DNA of 63,976 bases, the filler included, from Lama guanicoe (Eukaryota): assembly GCA_013239625.1 (NCBI GenBank). It is 73 parts of 73 records of this genome, joined end to end, with 100 filler letters (N's around TTAATTAATTAA, not from the genome) between each part and the next. Parts side by side here need not be neighbours in the genome. Positions count along the whole stretch, not along the records: positions 50,476 to 51,209 come from PNXV01020341.1; positions 51,310 to 51,878 come from MU056349.1; positions 51,979 to 53,596 come from MU056350.1; positions 53,697 to 54,500 come from MU056351.1; positions 54,601 to 56,162 come from MU056352.1; positions 56,263 to 57,137 come from MU056353.1; positions 57,238 to 58,028 come from MU056355.1; positions 58,129 to 58,888 come from MU056356.1; 65 more parts are not named here. The stretch is one strand, 5' to 3'. How positions within the stretch are numbered: the stretch's first letter is position 1; each line of letters starts with the position of its first letter. Shown in pieces: positions 50,476-62,635 of this stretch. The translations under genes and the position numbers were made by a program. The notes under the pieces were generated by a model, which had not been told where the DNA came from, made no database searches, and saw nothing but the letters and a program-made list of their open reading frames with translations.

Positions 50476-51209
50476 TTGGACTGTCCCTGCTGGGTTGTTG
50501 GAATATGACCCATCACTGATTCTCGTTCAGAAGCACGCTCAGGGTCCCCCTACAGGGCTAGTCGATTTTGTTCAAGTCTTAGGTCCTTGGCAGGTGCAGG
50601 TCTGGGGTCTCCCTTCAGGGCTGGTGAAATGTGACTCAGCTGTTGGTCTCTTGCAGAAACAGGCAGAGTTTCTCCCTGCAAGCCTTGTGGAATGAGACCC
50701 AGTGCTGGGTCTCCTACAGGAGCATGCTCGGGGTCTACATGCAGGGCTGGTAGAATTGGACCTGGCTAATGGTGTCCCTGCAGTGCTGCTGGAATTGTTC
50801 CAATTCTTGGGTGTCTTGAAGGTGTAGGCTCTAAGTCTCCCTGCATTGCTAGTGAAATGTGACCCAGTTGTGGTTCTCCTGAAGGGACAGAGGTTTCCCT
50901 GCAGGGCTGGTGGATGGGACATAGTCCTGGGTCTCCTGGAAGAGCAGGCTCATGTTGCAACATGACCAATCTCAGGTTCTCTTGCAGGAGTAGGCTCGGG
51001 GCCTTCCTGCAGGGCTAGTGGAATTGGACATGGCTCATGGTCTCCCTGCAGTGCCATTGGAATTGGACCAATTCTTGGGTCTTTTGAAGGTGTAGGTTGC
51101 AGGCTGATAAATTACCTGTAGGACTGGTGAAATGTGACATGGCTCTTAGTCTAATGCTAAAGCTGATTCAGGGTCTTTCCACAGGGTTGGTAGAATTGGT
51201 CCCAGGCCT
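50476..51209 (+). repeat. Repeat E: 63-bp GC-rich tandem repeat rich in CCCTGCAGGG variants
   Basis: CCCTGC-like anchors at 50485, 50548, 50611, 50674 and 50737 (63-bp steps); a block recurs 268 bp apart (50741 and 51009). Confidence 0.88.
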
Positions 51210-51309
51210 NNNNNNNNNNNNNNNNNNNNNNNNNNNNNNNNNNNNNNNNNNNNTTAATTAATTAANNNNNNNNNNNNNNNNNNNNNNNNNNNNNNNNNNN
51301 NNNNNNNNN

Positions 51310-53596
51310 TTAAAATATATTATACAGAATACTGAATATAGAATTTAGAATATAGAATATACAAGACAGAATATAGAATACAGAATACGGAATACTGAGT
51401 ATGCAATTTAGAATATAGAATGTACAACACAGAAGATAGAATATAGAATAAGGAATGCATAATAAAGAATACAGAATATAGAATGTAGAACACAGAATAT
51501 AGAATTTGGAAAACAGAATACAGAACACAGTATTTAGAACATGGAATGCNNNNNNNNNNNNNNNNNNNNNNNNNNNNNNNNNNNNNNNNNNNNNNNNNNN
51601 NNNNNNNNNNNNNGAATGAAGAACACAGAATTTAGAATATACAATACAGAATACTGAATATAGAATTTAGAAAATAGAATATAGAACACCGAATTTAGAA
51701 TATAGAATACAGAATACTGAATATAGAATTTAGAATATAGAATGTTGAAATCAGAATATAGAATAGAGAAAAGGCAATATAGAACTCAGAATTTAGAACA
51801 TATATTTCAGAGCCCAGAATTTAGAATACAGAATACAGAATACTGAATATAGACTATAGAATATTGAATGTAGAACAGNNNNNNNNNNNNNNNNNNNNNN
51901 NNNNNNNNNNNNNNNNNNNNNNTTAATTAATTAANNNNNNNNNNNNNNNNNNNNNNNNNNNNNNNNNNNNNNNNNNNNTCTACATGCCATATTCTGCTTT
52001 CCGTATTCTATATTCTATTTTCTGTGTATTACATACAATATTCTAAATTCTATATTCTATATTCTGTATTCTATATTCTAAATTCTGTGTTCTGCATTCC
52101 ATGTTCTAAATTCTGCGTTCTATATTCTGTATTCTATATTCTATGTTATATGTTCTACATTCTATATAATAAATTCTATATTCAGTGTTCTGTATTCTGT
52201 ATTCTAAATTCTGTGTTCTACATTCTGTTTCTAATTTCTATGTTTAGAATTCTGTATTCTATATTCTAAACTCTGTGTTCTGAATTCCATGTTCTTAATT
52301 CTGGGTTCTNNNNNNNNNNNNNNNNNNNNNNNNNNNNNNNNNNNNNNNNNNNNNNNNNNNNNNNNNNNNNNNNNNNNNNNNNNNNNNNNNNNNNNNNNNN
52401 NNNNNNNNNNNNNNNNNNNNNNNNNNNNNNNNNNNNNNNNNNNNNNNNNNNNNNNNNNNNNNNNNNNNNNNNNNNNNNNNNNNNNNNNNNNNNNNNNNNN
52501 NNNNNNNNNNNNNNNNNNNNNNNNNNNNNNNNNNNNNNNNNNNNNNNNNNNNNNNNNNNNNNNNNNNNNNNNNNNNNNNNNNNNNNNNNNNNNNNNNNNN
52601 NNNNNNNNNNNNNNNNNNNNNNNNNNNNNNNNNNNNNNNNNNNNNNNNNNNNNNNNNNNNNNNNNNNNNNNNNNNNNNNNNNNNNNNNNNNNNNNNNNNN
52701 NNNNNNNNNNNNNNNNNNNNNNNNNNNNNNNNNNNNNNNNNNNNNNNNNNNNNNNNNNNNNNNNNNNNNNNNNNNNNNNNNNNNNNNNNNNNNNNNNNNN
52801 NNNNNNNNNNNNNNNNNNNNNNNNNNNNNNNNNNNNNNNNNNNNNNNNNNNNNNNNNNNNNNNNNNNNNNNNNNNNNNNNNNNNNNNNNNNNNNNNNNNN
52901 NNNNNNNNNNNNNNNNNNNNNNNNNNNNNNNNNNNNNNNNNNNNNNNNNNNNNNNNNNNNNNNNNNNNNNNNNNNNNNNNNNNNNNNNNNNNNNNNNNNN
53001 NNNNNNNNNNNNNNNNNNNNNNNNNNNNNNNNNNNNNNNNNNNNNNNNNNNNNNNNNNNNNNNNNNNNNNNNNNNTTCAGTATTCCCTATATTCTGTGTT
53101 TTTCAATCTATATTCTAAATTCTATGTTCAGTATCCTGCTATTCTATAATCTTTATTCTGAGTTCTACATTCCATGTTCTAAATTCTGGTTTCTATATTA
53201 TCTCTCCTATATTCTATATTTTGTATTCTTTATTCAATATTCTACATTCTATATTCTGTGATTTTCATTCAATATTTTAATTCTATTTTCTGCCTTCCGT
53301 TCAGCATTCAGTATACTATATTCTAAATTATGTGTTCTACATTCTATATTCTGCATTCCGTATTCTATATTCTATATACTCTGTTCTATATTCTATATTC
53401 TTTATGCAGTGTTCTATATTCTATATTCTAAATTCTTTGCTCTGCTTTCGATTTTCTAAATTCTGTCTTCAATATTTTCTATTCTACATTCTATATTCTG
53501 TGATTTTCATTCAATATTTTAATTCTATTTTCTGCCTTCCGTTCAGCATTCAGTATACTATATTCTAAATTATGTGTTCTACATTCTATATTCTGC
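51310..53596. repeat. Satellite D (51310-51878 minus; 51979-53596 plus)
   Basis: Heptamer arrays; block TTCTATTTTCTGCCTTCCGTTCAGC at 53281 and 53523. Confidence 0.95.
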
Positions 53597-53696
53597 NNNN
53601 NNNNNNNNNNNNNNNNNNNNNNNNNNNNNNNNNNNNNNNNTTAATTAATTAANNNNNNNNNNNNNNNNNNNNNNNNNNNNNNNNNNNNNNNNNNNN

Positions 53697-54000
53697 ACAT
53701 AGTCACCAGAGTACATCCAGAGGGGTTTCAGCTGATATATCGGCACCAATATTGTAGGACATGGAGGAGTGACAGGACATATACCATATCCTGAATGGCA
53801 AAATGCTGCCATCTCTGGTAGCCTATGCCACATGACCCCTATTTCTAATAATGGCAGAGATAGAGAATTCCACAGACCGGCAAATCTTAAAAGAATTCAG
53901 CAGTTCAAAACTTTTCCTAAAAGAAAGGTTGAGAATATTCCCCTGAATAGAAAAGCAGCAAGATGAAATGGAAAAGAAGCAAACCATTATTGGAAATGCA
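53697..54000 (+). mobile_element. Highly decayed L1 ORF1 C-terminal region
   Basis: TCAGCTGAT..GGAGGAGTG..GAGATAGAGAATTCCACAGACCGGCAAATCTTAAAAGAATTCAGC (EIENSTDRQILKEFS, cf. ORF1 EIK.F.DKQ.LKEF). Confidence 0.7.
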
Positions 54001-54600
54001 AGAAGAGCTTGAGTGGCAAAGAAGAAACAAGAAGGCAAGGAGGACATCAAAACCCTAATGATGGGAGAGGGAAGCAGGAANNNNNNNNNNNNNNNNNNNN
54101 NNNNNNNNNNNNNNNNNNNNNNNNNNNNNNNNNNNNNNNNNNNNNNNNNNNNNNNNNNNNNNNNNNNNNNNNNNNNNNNNNNNNNNNNNNNNNNNNNNNN
54201 NNNNNNNNNNNNNNNNNNNNNNNNNNNNNNNNNNNNNNNNNNNNNNNNNNNNNNNNNGAAACAGGATAAAAGAAAATACCCAAGGTGATGTGAAGGATCA
54301 TTTAACACGCATCAACCCAGTATCGTGGCTTGCATATATTCAACACACTTGTTTTGTAAATCATAGGCGTGCATTTCTATTCATAAATATTGATTCATAA
54401 GAGCATATTGTGACCTAAACCAAATGACGATTTGGTATCAGATGGATTTCAAGTCCTTGATATAGACTTGCAAGTCTTCCAACAGGATGAATGAATGCCA
54501 NNNNNNNNNNNNNNNNNNNNNNNNNNNNNNNNNNNNNNNNNNNNTTAATTAATTAANNNNNNNNNNNNNNNNNNNNNNNNNNNNNNNNNNNNNNNNNNNN

Positions 54601-56162
54601 ATCCTCTTTCCAGTTATTCAACCTAATTAACATTAATTGTTCTAAGTTTTTATTAGCATCTCTTAAACCATTGATGGGAAAGGAAAAACACAAATGTAGC
54701 TTTTCAAACCAGGTTTTTTTTAATAACTAAGTTCTTAGGTTAAACATTAGATATATTTTTCTACCTTTAAACTTGATTTTAATACGTACCAAGAAAACAG
54801 CTGTTTATATTGAGAGCTCTTTCAACTTTCACCAATTTAAAAGTTTTCCCAAATTAAAGGATCCATCATATGGCCATCAANNNNNNNNNNNNNNNNNNNN
54901 NNNNNNNNNNNNNNNNNNNNNNNNNNNNNNNNNNNNNNNNNNNNNNNNNNNNNNNNNNNNNNNNNNNNNNNNNNNNNNNNNNNNNNNNNNNNNNNNNNNN
55001 NNNNNNNNNNNNNNNNNNNNNNNNNNNNNNNNNNNNNNNNNNNNNNNNNNNNNNNNNNNNNNNNNNNNNNNNNNNNNNNNNNNNNNNNNNNNNNNNNNNN
55101 NNNNNNNNNNNNNNNNNNNNNNNNNNNNNNNNNNNNNNNNNNNNNNNNNNNNNNNNNNNNNNNNNNNNNNNNNNNNNNNNNNNNNNNNNNNNNNNNNNNN
55201 NNNNNNNNNNNNNNNNNNNNNNNNNNNNNNNNNNNNNNNNNNNNNNNNNNNNNNNNNNNNNNNNNNNNNNNNNNNNNNNNNNNNNNNNNNNNNNNNNNNN
55301 NNNNNNNNNNNNNNNNNNNNNNNNNNNNNNNNNNNNNNNNNNNNNNNNNNNNNNNNNNNNNNNNNNNNNNNNNNNNNNNNNNNNNNNNNNNNNNNNNNNN
55401 NNNNNNNNNNNNNNNNNNNNNNNNNNNNNNTGCCCCATTCTAAGGCCGGGTTGTCAGAATAAAATTGCTAGTAAGATTTCCCGCAGGGACAACTCTGTGG
55501 CATGAAGTCTTTTCCTCTACCACTCTTTCAAGTTTCTCTCTCACCCGAGAAAGCTATTATCAGCCAGGAAGAAGGTCCCATTTTTGGAGTTGAAAGTTTC
55601 TTCATAAGAGTTTTACTTTTATCCCAAAAATTTCAATGGAGTTAACCAAATTGAGGAAAGCATTAGAACAGCCTCTTACCTAGCCACTCAGTCCTGATCG
55701 CAGTGTCTTTCAACTTGGACCCAATCGGGACGTCTCCACTGGGTGAGTATTTTCCAGGTATCTTTCCAACAGCCCCACCTCGGGTGTCTCCTCAAGGTGG
55801 GTATTTCCTGTTACCTTTCAACAAGGCCCCACCCAGCATGTCTCCACTGGGTGGGTAATTCCCCCTAGTCTCCTTCAACTGGAGGGCCAGGTGCCTGGAN
55901 NNNNNNNNNNNNNNTCAATCAATATTGGAGATCCGAGAACCAGGACAGACTCACCCAAATTCATCTGGACTCCCTGAGGAGGCAGATGGGCATAAAGGGC
56001 CACTGATGGTACCAAGGCCCCGGTTAATCAGAGAGTCCAGGTGGAGAGAAGTCTGCTCTGGGTCCCTTCATGGTGGCCAAAATTGTTGACTGAAATACAT
56101 GTTCAGCCTAAATGTTTAGAGTTAAGTTTAATTTGGCGGGAGGACTCTAGCCGGGATGACAA
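54601..56162 (-). mobile_element. ERV1-type provirus 5' end: partial LTR (56084-56162), PBS (56062-56079), leader and AT-rich interior
   Basis: Minus strand: ATTAAA..TCAGTCAACA-ATTT-TGGCCACCATGAAGGGAC (tRNA-Arg-like PBS); splice donor GGTGAGTC at ~55948-55955. Confidence 0.85.
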
Positions 56163-57029
56163 NNNNNNNNNNNNNNNNNNNNNNNNNNNNNNNNNNNNNN
56201 NNNNNNTTAATTAATTAANNNNNNNNNNNNNNNNNNNNNNNNNNNNNNNNNNNNNNNNNNNNGGCAGTTCTTTGGTATCGTTGACCCTAGAGTCCTACTT
56301 TGGAGGGCATTTTATGGGCCTGTGTCTACTGCCTTAGGTCTGTGTTAGGGGAGCCACATGTGGCCACCCGTGTCCTGTGGTGGATCCGTGGCTGGCACCT
56401 CTCCTGTTAGAGGTGGAGGGCAGGCCCTGTGCAGCGAGTGGGGCCCCGCCTTTCCTCCTGCCCTGTGTGAGTTGTGGGCTGAGTAGACTTAGCAGTGGCC
56501 TCACCTGTACCTCACTTGACTCCCATAATGCACAGGGGCTCATAGTCTCAAGACTACCCTGCGCATCTGGTGCCATGATGGCTGTAGAAAGGCACCTGGC
56601 AGGTGGTCCTGAGGGGCCTGGCCACACACCACGCTCTTCTTACCACCTGTGCCTTGCAGCTCCATTTGTTACCAAAACAAAAGCCCCTGGAAAGTCAGCT
56701 CAAGGATGACATGAGCACCTTTAAGTAAAAGGCACCTTTAAAATCCACACACCAAATGAGGCACTTCCTGAGTGGACACCATCATGGAGAACCCATCCTT
56801 AGCTTCCTTAGCTCCCAGGGTAGCTGATGGGAGTCAGGGCGGAAGAGGGCACTGACACAGATAAGATGGCACACAGCCACTCCCCGCCGTTCCTCCCAAG
56901 TTTCTGTTTTCCTCCCCCAGAGAAAACAGCCATTTCTCCTGGCTTCGAGAATGTGATGCAGCGTCCTTTCTGTGGTGAGTTCTGGCCTCCTTTTTCCCTG
57001 GGTGTTCCAGTGAGGCTGCTTCTGTTTTT

Positions 57030-57137
57030 ATAAAATTTAATTTAATCTTGAAACATAGTCAGTTTTTTAATGTTGCATTAATTATTTCTGGCTTACATCC
57101 TAGTGATTCAGTTATATATATATATATATATATATAT
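57030..57137 (-). mobile_element. L1 3' end remnant ending in (TA)n
   Basis: TTGAAACATAGTCAGTT..TAGTGATTCAGTTATATATA. Confidence 0.75.
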
Positions 57138-58128
57138 NNNNNNNNNNNNNNNNNNNNNNNNNNNNNNNNNNNNNNNNNNNNTTAATTAATTAANNNNNNN
57201 NNNNNNNNNNNNNNNNNNNNNNNNNNNNNNNNNNNNNCTGATTTATCAGAACTGTTAAAAACCTGATTGTTCTTTGGTCCTTGTTTTTTGGGGCGCCCTA
57301 TTGATTTCTTTTGTCTGTTAAAGAGGGAAATTCTTCCTCTAGCCTTAAGATCATTAAGTGAATGGTTAGCAGTGTGCCTTTAATATTATTTGAATGTATT
57401 GGGCATGTTTGTCCAGTGAATTTAGAATTGACTCATTGTAATGACTTTGCTTTGGTTCTGTGACTTTTGCTCCTCTCCACAAGAATTTGAATTCTCTGTT
57501 GCATTTTGTATACGTGTTCTTCACAGGGGAAGAAATATTGCATTTTTTACAGAGGTGGGTTTTCCTACCCCTCTGAATGCCTTCTGTAATTTATACAATA
57601 AATATCTGTTATTGCAGTGCATAATTATTTCATAAACTATTTTTTGGCATTATCAGAAACAATGACAAAGAATTATACTAAAAAATANNNNNNNNNNNNN
57701 NNNNNNNNNNNNNNNNNNNNNNNNNNNNNNNNNNNNNNNNNNNNNNNNNNNNNNNNNNNNNNNNNNNNNNNNNNNNNNNNNNNNNNNNNNNNNNNNNNNN
57801 NNNNNNNNNNNNNNNNNNNNTAACATTTGTGTTGAATTCTTTCTCCAGGCTGATGTTTCCTGCTGGGTTTGTGGAAAGAGTGGAAGGGTAACAAATGCTT
57901 TGTTTTGTTTTCAGGAGGCCTGAGTTGATGAGAAAAGTATTGAAGTTGGGCTGAGGAACAGTGACACTCCCTCTCCTCTGGGCTGAAATTGATAAACAAA
58001 GAAATCAATTAAGTTTATCGGTATTTGANNNNNNNNNNNNNNNNNNNNNNNNNNNNNNNNNNNNNNNNNNNNTTAATTAATTAANNNNNNNNNNNNNNNN
58101 NNNNNNNNNNNNNNNNNNNNNNNNNNNN

Positions 58129-58888
58129 TCCCTGACCTTAGGGAGGCAGCCTCTGTCTCTGCAATTTCAAAAAACCCACCTAGCGTTCCCTGGCTCAGAG
58201 ACATTAGGAAAATTCTCAGGGTTGACGAGCTTAGGTATTCCCTTAGAACCCATGGACTGCCGACTTTTGGTGGATTCTCCACACGCTCAGGTTTCCGGAA
58301 AAATTGTCAGTGTGTGGGGAAGCTGGAGAGNNNNNNNNNNNNNNNNNNNNNNNNNNNNNNNNNNNNNNNNNNNNNNNNNNNNNNNNNNNNNNNNNNNNNN
58401 NNNNNNNNNNNNNNNNNNNNNNNNNNNNNNNNNNNNNNNNNNNNNNNNNNNNNNNNNNNNNNNNNNNNNNNNNNNNNNNNNNNNNNNNNNNNNNNNNNNN
58501 NNNNNNNNNNNNNNNNNNNNNNNNNNNNNNNNNNNNNNNNNNNNNNNNNNNNNNNNNNNNNNNNNNNNNNNNNNNNNNNNNNNNNNNNNNNNNNNNNNNN
58601 NNNNNNNNNNNNNNNNNNNNNNNNNNNNNNNNNNNNNNNNNNNNNNNNNNNNNNNNNNNNNNNNNNNNNNNNNNNNNNNNNNNNNNNNNNNNNNNNNNNN
58701 NNNNNNNNNNNNNNNNNNNNNNNNNNNNNNNNNNNNNNNNNNNNNNNNNNNNNNNNNNNNNNNNNNNNNNNNNNNNNNNNNACCCACGCACAAAGTTGGT
58801 GGAACCTCTCCACGCTCAGGATTCCGGAACCATTTTCTGTGCGCAGGGGAGCTCGAGAGAAAACTCCACGCAGCTCTCTTCAGTCACA
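58129..58888 (+). repeat. Satellite A
   Basis: CCACGCTCAGGATTCCGGAACC..GAGCTCGAGAGAAAACTCCACGCAGC. Confidence 0.94.
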
Positions 58889-59454
58889 NNNNNNNNNNNN
58901 NNNNNNNNNNNNNNNNNNNNNNNNNNNNNNNNTTAATTAATTAANNNNNNNNNNNNNNNNNNNNNNNNNNNNNNNNNNNNNNNNNNNNCCCACCCCACTG
59001 ATATGGGCCTGGTGCCCAGAGCGGGGTTCCTGGATGCGGGCGGGCCTGGGTGAGCTGCCCTTGTCCGTCCAGATGGGGGATCTTGTGCCTGTAGATTTTA
59101 GCTGGAAAACCTCAATGAGATGAGCTCCAAGCAGTGGCAGAGAGAAGCCTTGAGCCTCCCTGACCCACCCCCACTTCTATGGCCTCCTCACCCAGCCTCA
59201 AGGCCTTGCCCTCCCCCAGGGTTGTCCTCACTGAAAGGAGTTCAGCTCCATCTTTCCTGTTACACTCATGGATTTATAAAGTAGGCTGTCAGGAACGAAG
59301 CTGTTGTCACAGGGCCCAGAATTAGAGAAATGGTTAAACTGCACCAAACCACCTCAAAGAAAGGGGTGGGACTTCCTGAGGACAAGACAAATGGGGAGTG
59401 GGAGGGCTGTGGGTCTAGGGGTTCAGGTTGGGGGATGGGGTCTGGGAGAAAACG

Positions 59455-59694
59455 GCATGCTCCCTTCATGTCTCTGTGTCACACTCTGCTAATTCTCACA
59501 ATATTTCATACTTTGCATTACTGTTTCACTTGTTATGATAATTTGTGATCAGTGATCCTTGATGTATGATGTAACAGCACACTTTATAGACTATGGTGTA
59601 AATATAACTGTTACACGACTGGAAAACCAAAAAACTTGTGACTCACTTTACTGTGATATTTACTTTATTGCAGTGGTCCAAAACCAAACCAAAC
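59455..59694 (+). mobile_element. Internally deleted Tigger1 derivative
   Basis: 5'-region TGTCTCTGTGTCACA..TGTGATCAGTGATC joined directly to 3'-region GTGTAAATATAACT..GGAAAACCAAAAAA..TTTATTGCAGTGGTC. Confidence 0.85.
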
Positions 59695-59959
59695 NNNNNN
59701 NNNNNNNNNNNNNNNNNNNNNNNNNNNNNNNNNNNNNNTTAATTAATTAANNNNNNNNNNNNNNNNNNNNNNNNNNNNNNNNNNNNNNNNNNNNCAGACA
59801 ATGAAGTATACAGTTCAATTGAAAAGTCATACAGGAAAGGGCTGTGACTGCCTGACCAGGCTAGGTTTAAGGATGGAAAGTTAATACTGAAGTATAGACG
59901 TTCCACATTTGTATGTCTGAGGTCACCTGTGTATTGCATCCTTCCAATTTCTACCAGAC

Positions 59960-60140
59960 CAGTGTTTCTCAAACTGTGGTCCATGGACCACCTGCATCAG
60001 AAGCACCTGGCTTTGTCAAAAGCATGTTCTTGGTGGCACCCAACACAGCGTATCCAAATCTTAGAATGAAGGCTGAAAAATGTGTGGTTCTTTATAAGCT
60101 CCGCAGCTGATTTTTCTTCAAATGGATTTCTAGGAACTGT
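59960..60140. mobile_element. MER5-type hAT MITE
   Basis: CAGTGTTTCTCAAACTGTGGTCCATGGACCACCTGCATCAGAA. Confidence 0.8.
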
Positions 60141-60424
60141 TGGGCTATTGCTGGAAAGTAAAGAGAGGTGGAGAGTTTGTTTTGAGTGGCAAAGGACAAA
60201 TTAGTGGTTTGTCTGCAAACAAGTAGAACAAATTGAGGAGGAGGAAGAAGGTTTTTATCAAGAGTGTTTCATGTCCCTCTCCACAAGCCACCAAGATCCC
60301 GCCCCTAACAGAACAAAACAAGATNNNNNNNNNNNNNNNNNNNNNNNNNNNNNNNNNNNNNNNNNNNNTTAATTAATTAANNNNNNNNNNNNNNNNNNNN
60401 NNNNNNNNNNNNNNNNNNNNNNNN

Positions 60425-61568
60425 CCTGAGCTCGTCTCCCCTGAGTGTTTTCCTCATGTCTCTGTGCCAGGGATTGATAGGGTTGGTTGCAGGAAATCCC
60501 AGTGACAGAGGCTGCCTCCCCAAAGTCAGGGAAGTTATTTCTCGGACTTCCCCGAGCAGGGAACATCTGTGACTGAAGAGAGCTGCGTGGAGTTGTCTCT
60601 CGAGATACCCCACNNNNNNNNNNNNNNNNNNNNNNNNNNNNNNNNNNNNNNNNNNNNNNNNNNNNNNNNNNNNNNNNNNNNNNNNNNNNNNNNNNNNNNN
60701 NNNNNNNNNNNNNNNNNNNNNNNNNNNNNNNNNNNNNNNNNNNNNNNNNNNNNNNNNNNNNNNNNNNNNNNNNNNNNNNNNNNNNNNNNNNNNNNNNNNN
60801 NNNNNNNNNNNNNNNNNNNNNNNNNNNNNNNNNNNNNNNNNNNNNNNNNNNNNNNNNNNNNNNNNNNNNNNNNNNNNNNNNNNNNNNNNNNNNNNNNNNN
60901 NNNNNNNNNNNNNNNNNNNNNNNNNNNNNNNNNNNNNNNNNNNNNNNNNNNNNNNNNNNNNNNNNNNNNNNNNNNNNNNNNNNNNNNNNNNNNNNNNNNN
61001 NNNNNNNNNNNNNNNNNNNNNNNNNNNNNNNNNNNNNNNNNNNNNNNNNNNNNNNNNNNNNNNNNNNNNNNNNNNNNNNNNNNNNNNNNNNNNNNNNNNN
61101 NNNNNNNNNNNNNNNNNNNNNNNNNAGCTGTGTGGTCTCTCGATATCCCCCACTCTATGACTATGTTTCAGGAATCCTGAGCATGGGGAGGTTCCACCAA
61201 CGGTCGGCAGCGCGTGGGTTCTAAGGGAATGCCTGTGCTCGTCTCCCCTGAGGGTTTACCTCATGTCTCTGTGCCAGGGAATGCTAGGGGGGGTTGCAGG
61301 AAGTCCCAGTGAAAGAGGCTGCCTCCCCAAAGTCAGGGAAGGTATTTCTCGGACTTCCCCGAGCAGGGAACACCTGTGACAGAAGAGAGCTGTGTGGAGT
61401 TTTCTCTCGATATCCCCCACTCTATGACTATGTTTCAGGAATCCTGAGCATGGGGAGGTTCCACCAACGGTCGACAGCGCGTGGGTTCTAACGGAATGCC
61501 TGTGCTCGACTCCCCTGAAGGTTTTCCTCATATCTCTGTTCCAGGGAATGCTAGGGGGGGTTGCAGGA
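60425..61568 (-). repeat. Satellite A
   Basis: CGATATCCCCCACTCTATGAC at 61141 and 61408 (267 bp apart). Confidence 0.97.
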
Positions 61569-61734
61569 NNNNNNNNNNNNNNNNNNNNNNNNNNNNNNNN
61601 NNNNNNNNNNNNTTAATTAATTAANNNNNNNNNNNNNNNNNNNNNNNNNNNNNNNNNNNNNNNNNNNNTTAAGCTTTTTGTAATACATTCTTATCAACTA
61701 TCCATCCTGAAATGCCACATTCAAAATTGAAAGA

Positions 61735-61930
61735 ATGTTAGAAGTTGCCTGCTCCAACTGGCCAATGGTAAACACACCCTGCTACAGTTAGAGAGCTGGT
61801 CAGGCAGCCTCTGCCTGGATATTTACAGTGACGGGGAGTTCATTACTTCCAAAGGTTACAAGTCGGCAAGAAGGTCAGAAAGAATTTTTGAACCTTAAAC
61901 AGATGTCTGCCTCCTAGTCCTTGCTGAAAT
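61735..61930 (-). mobile_element. L3/CR1 3' remnant
   Basis: CAGCCTCTGCCTGGATATTTACAGTGACGGGGAGTTCATTACTTCC. Confidence 0.65.
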
Positions 61931-62351
61931 GCAAGGAATAATGAGGATCCCTTCAAATGTAGTTTTGCTGATTGTTATCTCTCTCTGCAAAAGCACCCCA
62001 ATTCTTAACATAAATTTTTCAAAATTCAGCTTTGATTTCTTTTTATCAAACTAATGCCATACATTCAATAAAGAATCAAACTGTTCTTGAACATCGATTG
62101 TAAAAAGGAGCAGTTCCCAACAACCGCCCCATTTCCTGGCCAGNNNNNNNNNNNNNNNNNNNNNNNNNNNNNNNNNNNNNNNNNNNNTTAATTAATTAAN
62201 NNNNNNNNNNNNNNNNNNNNNNNNNNNNNNNNNNNNNNNNNNNTGGAAGAGGTCAGAAAGGTAGGGTCAAAGCAGCTTCATTTTTATCAGAGCGGTGTTT
62301 ATCAGTGTTGATCCTTCTCACTCCTCCTACATACCTTCACCAGTTTCTTGG

Positions 62352-62635
62352 TTTTCATTCATTTAGTAATGTTACTGAGCATGTACCTGACCTGTGTGCT
62401 AAGCAGTAGGATCAAAGTGGTTTTTACGCTTTGGTGCTTACAGTCTAACAGGAAAGAACATTTCCTAACTATGATGAGGTGCGGAGTGCTACCTTTTAAA
62501 CCCATAAAAAGTGGAGCCAAGGTTTGAGGAGTAGTCCCGGAGGGTTTCCTGCAGGAAGTGCTGTTAAGCTGGGACCTGGAGAATGGCTTGGAGATAGCTG
62601 AGTGAAAGATGGGGAAGGGTGCTAAAACATTTCAG
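62352..62635 (-). mobile_element. L2 3' remnant
   Basis: TTCATTCATTTA..TTACTGAGCA..GCTTACAGTCTA..GGTTTCCTGCAGGAAGTG. Confidence 0.7.

Noticed and set aside
61256..61531. Recurring peptides such as THALPTVGGTSPRSG as a protein family
   Set aside because: Satellite A translations; stops and frameshifts vary between monomers.
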